Below are positions 58,958-64,000 of a stretch of DNA of 64,000 bases, piece by piece. How positions within the stretch are numbered: position 1 is the stretch's first letter; each line of letters opens with the position of its first letter. The stretch lies in IMG/VR virus record IMGVR_UViG_3300047382_000480, positions 64,001 to 128,000 of that record; one strand, given 5' to 3'. The translations under genes and the position numbers were made by a program. The stretch comes from a virus. A model generated the notes under the pieces. It was not told the origin of the DNA. It did not search any database and worked only from the letters and a program-made list of their open reading frames with translations.

Positions 58958-59974
58958 TTACATCAACCTGTCTTTCCATGTACTTGGAGTCTTATCATTT
59001 ATTATCTCTAATTTATAAGTGTAATCAAAATCTCTTGGTCCAACACTAGAAATGTAATCTACTGTCTTTTTGACTGCTTCTCGTAGAGTAGTAGATGTCT
59101 CATAACTCAACATCTTTCTTGCTTTATTGCTACTACAAAGAGCATTCTTAACTTCTTGAGGTCTGTCGTCTTTGTATATCGGATTACCATTAAAATTACA
59201 TTTTTCTGCAACAAGTTGTGACAATTCATTAATAGTCACTTCACCCTCGTCTGGACCAATATTAATTACCTCGTTAACAATATCTTTATCGAGTACCATT
59301 TTTGTTAAACAAGAAACGCAATCAGAAACATAAGAGAAACACCTTTTCTGTTCACCATCTCCGTATATGATCGAAGGTTTATTTTGTAAGTTTCTATTCG
59401 CCATAATACTAACGACGTTGCGATACGGATCATCGAATCTTTGCCGTTCACCAATTATATTGTGTGGTACTGCAATATTCCATTGCATCCCATGTACACC
59501 AGAAAGGCACTTTAATGTATCCTCTGCAGCAACCTTTGCGATACCATATGGGTCGACTGGCATAGGTTTCATATCTTCAGTAAATTGCCCTGAGTTTCCA
59601 TTTTGATTACCATATCTTGCCATACTACTACAAAAAACAAACCTCTTTACATTATTTGCGATACTTGCACTTATTACAGAGACACTCGCTTCATAAATGT
59701 TACGAGTAATAAATGATGGGCTGAAAACAGAGAACCCTTCGTGAGCGGTCGCTGCACAATGAACAACAACATCTATTTCTTCGCTTTTGATTATGTCATG
59801 CATCGCTTTTTGATTGCAACAATCAGCTTCAAAAAACTTTATCTTGTCGTTTAGATTACAACGGAATCCACCAATAAGATTATCAACACCAGCCACAGTA
59901 TGCCCGAGATCAATAAACTTGTCAGCTAGATGACTCCCCAGAAATCCTGCGACACCTGTTATAAAAATTTTCAT
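58958..59974 (-). CDS. NAD-dependent epimerase/dehydratase
   Basis: ITGVAGFLG, SSMARYG, YGIAK (YxxxK). Confidence 0.92.
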   Translation of the reverse strand: MKIFITGVAGFLGSHLADKFIDLGHTVAGVDNLIGGFRCNLNDKIKFFEADCCNQKAMHDIIKSEEIDVVVHCAATAHEGFSVFSPSFITRNIYEASVSVISASIANNVKRFVFCSSMARYGNQNGNSGQFTEDMKPMPVDPYGIAKVAAEDTLKCLSGVHGMQWNIAVPHNIIGERQRFDDPYRNVVSIMANRNLQNKPSIIYGDGEQKRCFSYVSDCVSCLTKMVLDKDIVNEVINIGPDEGEVTINELSQLVAEKCNFNGNPIYKDDRPQEVKNALCSSNKARKMLSYETSTTLREAVKKTVDYISSVGPRDFDYTYKLEIINDKTPSTWKDRLM

Positions 59975-61319
59975 ACTCAGGGAATGTCTCCAAAAAATTT
60001 GTATTTCTTCTGCGGTCGTGTTCGTTGAACCAATTGTAGAAATCTTTACGACCTTCGTTTAGTTTCTCTTCACCATAATCGCTAGTAGCCATGTAATCGT
60101 GCACTCTTCTGAACTTCTCAAACTCAATAGTCTGGAACATAGTTGGATCTGAATCGTCTACGTTTTCTTCAATGAAGTCAAGGCATTCTTTCATATAAGG
60201 CATAAATTCATCTTTCGGTAAGATATTCATATCGTAATGTAAAGGTTCTTTCAGATATGGTGTATCAAACCTTATTGTTCTTTTTGATACGCTGTCTGGA
60301 ACAATTACACCCTCATATTGTTTACGCCACTCAAGAATCTTAACCAACAATGTTTTAAATGTAGAAACAGTGAGTGCATTAAATGTGATCATAAGATTAA
60401 TCGGTGTCTTTGCTTTACTTGCATAAGAATGAAAGTTTCTTTCCCACAAGTCCAACTTCAACCCTGTTCTTATATACTCCGCTCTCTCATTCCAGCAATC
60501 AATGCTTGTATATAACGCAAAACTTTTGACACCATTTTCCTTTCTTATTAGATTTACATTCTCAGCAAGGTTGTCAACAAACTTTTCTTTCACACCAAGA
60601 TTAGTGTTTATATTAAGTTCTAGATGAGGTTGTGGGTTTCTATGGAGTTCCTCAAATAACCTCCAAGTAGACTTATGCATCAACGGCTCTCCACCAGTCA
60701 AGCGCAAAATACTAAGAGTCTTTACAACTTCTGGATACCATTTCCACCAAGCATCTACATACGGATTATCGTGTTCCTCATATGCCTTGAACCAATCAAT
60801 AGAAGCTGTATGGTTCTTCACCATATCGTATGGTCCAAATTTCTTGATCTCTGACATAAATCTAGAAGAAGAATTGGGGTGGCAATACCCGCACTTGAAA
60901 TTACACTCATTACTAAAAGAAAGTTCTATGTAATCAGGATTAACATTGAAGTCCCAATCAGATGCAATAATATCCCTCAACCTATCTTCTTTGTAAAGAG
61001 ATCCAGACCTTATAACTCTGTCAGAAATATAGTCCTCACCCATATCCTCAACATTCCAACAGTAAGTGCAACCAACGCATTTCTCACCATCAAGCATTTG
61101 TTTTCTTTCAACTTTCTTATGCGGTGTGTTATGAAGCTGACTCGGGTTTTCAGCAAGACCTTCTAACGGAATCTTGTGGGGAGCAGGGTGATAACAAGAA
61201 TGTGTCATACCAGTTTGCAAGTATATGGTTGTATGATACCACTTAGCAAAACAAAATGTTGGGCTTATAATATCATCCATTGAATCTCGGATGACTAGTG
61301 CTTTATCTAAATCACTCAC
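59922..61319 (-). CDS. Radical SAM protein with N-terminal twitch-like Cys cluster
   Basis: CNFKCGYC, TGGEPL, N-terminal C...SCYH...CTYC; GTG at 61319 preferred as start. Confidence 0.88.
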   Translation of the reverse strand: MSDLDKALVIRDSMDDIISPTFCFAKWYHTTIYLQTGMTHSCYHPAPHKIPLEGLAENPSQLHNTPHKKVERKQMLDGEKCVGCTYCWNVEDMGEDYISDRVIRSGSLYKEDRLRDIIASDWDFNVNPDYIELSFSNECNFKCGYCHPNSSSRFMSEIKKFGPYDMVKNHTASIDWFKAYEEHDNPYVDAWWKWYPEVVKTLSILRLTGGEPLMHKSTWRLFEELHRNPQPHLELNINTNLGVKEKFVDNLAENVNLIRKENGVKSFALYTSIDCWNERAEYIRTGLKLDLWERNFHSYASKAKTPINLMITFNALTVSTFKTLLVKILEWRKQYEGVIVPDSVSKRTIRFDTPYLKEPLHYDMNILPKDEFMPYMKECLDFIEENVDDSDPTMFQTIEFEKFRRVHDYMATSDYGEEKLNEGRKDFYNWFNEHDRRRNTNFLETFPEYENFYNRCRRISGESSS

Positions 61320-62032
61320 ACTAATCTCTCCCATTCAAAATTTATAATATTTTCTCTAACCCAAGTATCTGGGTTTTTATTTCTATTTTCAACAATATCG
61401 TATAATCTTGCCTTTCTTTCTTCTGAATATGTTGGGTGGATTAATGTCTCATCATCTGGGTAAGTTGTGATTCCATTATCAGAATATATCACCTTCCTCG
61501 CATTTCTAGTTGGCATAACCACGACAGGTATTGTCGTCGGGGATAAGTAAGAATTCAACCTCTCAACAAATATTCTATCGCCAACGTGCCAGTTTACAAA
61601 TTCCTCGTCATACCCTCCAGACTTCCACCAAGATTCTGTTCTGACGCAGTAATCATTATGTGTTACCTGAGTTCTTCCAAGTAATGTATTGAAATACTCA
61701 TTTGGTTCTGCCGACCTAACATATCTGTCTATAACAGGAGCAAACTGCCCTATCAAATCTCTGTCAATATCAGTCATATACGCCCACTCAGTCTCAACGT
61801 GCTTCATTGCAAGATTTCTCGCTCCGTGAGAGTTGAAGCCAATATCGTCTTTAACCCGAAAAAGTTTTATATTCTTTTCTGGGTAGTTTTTGACAATAGG
61901 TTCTGCTGGTTGTCTTGGAGATCCATCGTCAACAATAATGAGTTCTGAAAAATATTCTTCGTTGAATTGTTTCTCGATATAGTCTTTTAGTCTATACGGA
62001 TCTTCAAAGTATGTTGTGACAAGTGTGATCAT
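61316..62032 (-). CDS. GT2/GT7-like glycosyltransferase
   Basis: IIVDDGS, ARNLA, TDID, GGYDEEF. Confidence 0.85.
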   Translation of the reverse strand: MITLVTTYFEDPYRLKDYIEKQFNEEYFSELIIVDDGSPRQPAEPIVKNYPEKNIKLFRVKDDIGFNSHGARNLAMKHVETEWAYMTDIDRDLIGQFAPVIDRYVRSAEPNEYFNTLLGRTQVTHNDYCVRTESWWKSGGYDEEFVNWHVGDRIFVERLNSYLSPTTIPVVVMPTRNARKVIYSDNGITTYPDDETLIHPTYSEERKARLYDIVENRNKNPDTWVRENIINFEWERLV

Positions 62033-62646
62033 TTAAATCCAGTAACCATAAATCTTGTGAATTGTTTACCGCGAAGACCAGTACAATTGAATTCAAACTC
62101 ATTTGTCGAGTTTTCGCAACGATTCATTTGTTTGAAATCTAGCATATCTTTCGCACATCTTATATGCTCTGGTTCTTCGTAGAAGTCATTTCCTTGAAGT
62201 AAGTAGAATGTTCCCTCTGGTATCTTTTCCCACCACTCGTCATATGCTTCCTGAGTAACGTGTTCGGTTATTGTGTTTATAACAGTATTGGGTCTACTTG
62301 AAGGGGGATAATTCCAATCAGCCATATCTGCTGTTACTGCTTGAATATCAGAGTTGGGATAAACATCATTTATGACCCAATCACAAACAGGATCTATATC
62401 AATTGAAACTATAGATGTAGCATTCAAGTTTGAAGAATCTTCAATCAATTTAGCAAGAAGACCATACCAACCCCCAAAGATATAAACATCATTCAAATAA
62501 TATCTTTCCTTTTGAAGTAAATCAATGATATGTTGCTTACTTGTTATCTGACTTTCCCAAAAGCAGTCCATAAACCGCTCGGATAAATCGGGGTGGAAGC
62601 GGATGAATTTTATCCAGTTGGCGAGTGTTTCTGGTTTAATTTCCAT
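62029..62646 (-). CDS. Class I SAM methyltransferase-like protein
   Basis: IFGGWYG, SIDID, ADM, INT.TEH, RFMVTG. Confidence 0.65.
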   Translation of the reverse strand: MEIKPETLANWIKFIRFHPDLSERFMDCFWESQITSKQHIIDLLQKERYYLNDVYIFGGWYGLLAKLIEDSSNLNATSIVSIDIDPVCDWVINDVYPNSDIQAVTADMADWNYPPSSRPNTVINTITEHVTQEAYDEWWEKIPEGTFYLLQGNDFYEEPEHIRCAKDMLDFKQMNRCENSTNEFEFNCTGLRGKQFTRFMVTGFK

Positions 62647-62704
62647 GGCAAAGTTTCATAATCAATTGTAGTGTTCTATTTATCTTGCGAAAATAGTGGT
62701 TACT

Positions 62705-62750
62705 TATAAATAACAAAGATTATTATACTACTTTGAATTTAATTAGTCAA
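62705..62750. promoter_or_regulatory. Opposed promoters: late TATAAATA (+, 62705-62712) and TTGACT-N17-TATAAT (-, 62750-62722)
   Basis: Motifs read directly in the intergenic region. Confidence 0.8.
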
Positions 62751-62774
62751 GTATTAATTTATAAACATTGAGAT

Positions 62775-63062
62775 ATGAAAATGCAAGAAGTTTTTAATAT
62801 TATAGGTGAGCTTGGGTTTCCAATCGCTGCAGCACTTATTGGTGGTTTCTTTATGTTCCTCACACTGAAGTATATTATGTCTGGAGTTATCGACCAAGTA
62901 AATGGTATGCACGGAATTGTTAAGGCACTTGACAACAGAGTAAAAACGATGAATCACGATTTGATTCGCCTTGACACAACTATGTGTGTTGTATTGGGTA
63001 TTAGACCAGACTTGAACCGCATTTCAAGGGCAGACGGCAAAACTGACGCAAGGCGAGACTAA
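62775..63062 (+). CDS. Single-TM coiled-coil protein A (YvrJ/holin-like)
   Basis: IGELGFPIAAALIGGFFMF TM segment followed by RVKTMNHDLIRL. Confidence 0.7.
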   Translation: MKMQEVFNIIGELGFPIAAALIGGFFMFLTLKYIMSGVIDQVNGMHGIVKALDNRVKTMNHDLIRLDTTMCVVLGIRPDLNRISRADGKTDARRD

Positions 63063-63316
63063 TGGATATTGTGACCGCAGTAAAAGATTTCGGGTTTCCA
63101 ATAGTTGCTGCCGTTGGCATGCTTTATATGATCTATTATGTTTGGAAAACGATAACAGAAAAAATAGAAGCAAACTTAGAAGATGCAAGAATAACATTAA
63201 TAGGGTTGATTGATCGTGTTAGAATGTTAGACAATGACATAATACGTTTGCAACAAAAGCTGGATACAGCAATAGAAGTGAAGGGTTTAGAAGAAGATGA
63301 AGATAACAAGAAGTAG
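63062..63316 (+). CDS. Single-TM coiled-coil protein B (paralog of A)
   Basis: VKDFGFPIVAAVGMLYMIY followed by RVRMLDNDIIRL. Confidence 0.7.
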   Translation: MDIVTAVKDFGFPIVAAVGMLYMIYYVWKTITEKIEANLEDARITLIGLIDRVRMLDNDIIRLQQKLDTAIEVKGLEEDEDNKK

Positions 63317-63743
63317 TCTATTCGTACTTTTATGTTCTGTTCAAATTGCACATGCAGCACCAATAGAACATAGTTTTAAGTCTCCTTCATTCAGTGGTGT
63401 GAATCAGAGTTCCCACTACTTAACAATAGAAAACCAAGAGACTTCTAGAAAAGAAGCGATAAAACAAGAAGTTGAAGACTTACAAAAGCAATTAGAAAGA
63501 GATGCTGAGAATACAACTCTCGCAAAGTTTATTCGTAATGTAGAAAGTAGAATATACTCTACATTATCGAGACAGATTGTTGATAGTATGTTTGGAGAGA
63601 ATCCATCTGATATGGGTTCATTCGACATAGAAGGAACAGGAATAACCTACGTCAAAGATGGCGATAAAGTGGAGCTCACAATAACTGATGAATACGGCAA
63701 GGTTACTGTCATCACTATTCCTATTGGGGATTTTGGGATTTAG
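63297..63743 (+). CDS. csgF: CsgF-like curli assembly protein
   Basis: Signal peptide ending AHA, FKSPSFSG, F..N.ESR....LS, C-terminal ITD..G..T.I.IP. Confidence 0.75.
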   Translation: MKITRSSLFVLLCSVQIAHAAPIEHSFKSPSFSGVNQSSHYLTIENQETSRKEAIKQEVEDLQKQLERDAENTTLAKFIRNVESRIYSTLSRQIVDSMFGENPSDMGSFDIEGTGITYVKDGDKVELTITDEYGKVTVITIPIGDFGI

Positions 63744-64000
63744 CACTGGTTGTACCACTGTTGGTGGCAACTTGAAAATTCCATTAGAGGATAAAGCAAC
63801 TGTTCAATTTTCATTACTTGAACAGGAATTAATTGATGTCCCAGAACCAATAAGAAAACCATCTGTAGCAGTATACAGATTTAATGATCAGACAGGGCAA
63901 AAAAGACAAAATGCTAGTGGTGGTACATCATTTAGCACTGCGGTTACTCAGGCTCCAGATGTATATCTGATAAGAGCATTGAAAAGAGCATCACACGGAA
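63688..64000 (+). CDS. csgG: CsgG-like outer-membrane lipoprotein (truncated by window edge)
   Basis: Not in ORF track: MNTARLLSSLFLLGILGFSTG-C lipobox-like signal, VAVYRFNDQTGQ, FSTAVTQ....L..AL. Confidence 0.85.
   Translation, partial: MNTARLLSSLFLLGILGFSTGCTTVGGNLKIPLEDKATVQFSLLEQELIDVPEPIRKPSVAVYRFNDQTGQKRQNASGGTSFSTAVTQAPDVYLIRALKRASHG

Noticed and set aside
1-64000. tRNA genes or stop-codon reassignment
   Set aside because: No cloverleaf recognised in the few intergenic gaps; core genes are full length in the standard code

Overview
AT-rich 64 kb segment of a T4-like myovirus; gene content suggests a marine or aquatic phage, but the host cannot be assigned from this window. On the minus strand are the head/neck/tail genes gp20 (partial)-19-18-17-16-15-14-13, a tail-fibre block, and the baseplate block gp8-7-6-5.4-25-5-27-53-48. 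On the plus strand are gp4-2-54-26-51 and a putative gp29, followed on the minus strand by gp32-59-33, an exonuclease and phoH. Two glycan-modification islands lie at about 15.4-21.5 kb and 54.7-62.6 kb. The window ends in a late operon of two paralogous membrane proteins plus CsgF- and CsgG-like genes. Elements missing from the ORF track include: a probable -1 frameshift joining gp26 to gp51; a structured kissing-loop RNA behind gp32; a 53-aa triple-YRG peptide with a structured leader; a probable ATT start codon; and a small KDPFIY peptide. A Tyr-x-Gly-x repeat virion protein sits directly upstream of candidate modifying enzymes. Family calls come from motif recognition and synteny, not database searches. 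No tRNA, rRNA, CRISPR array or mobile element was recognised.
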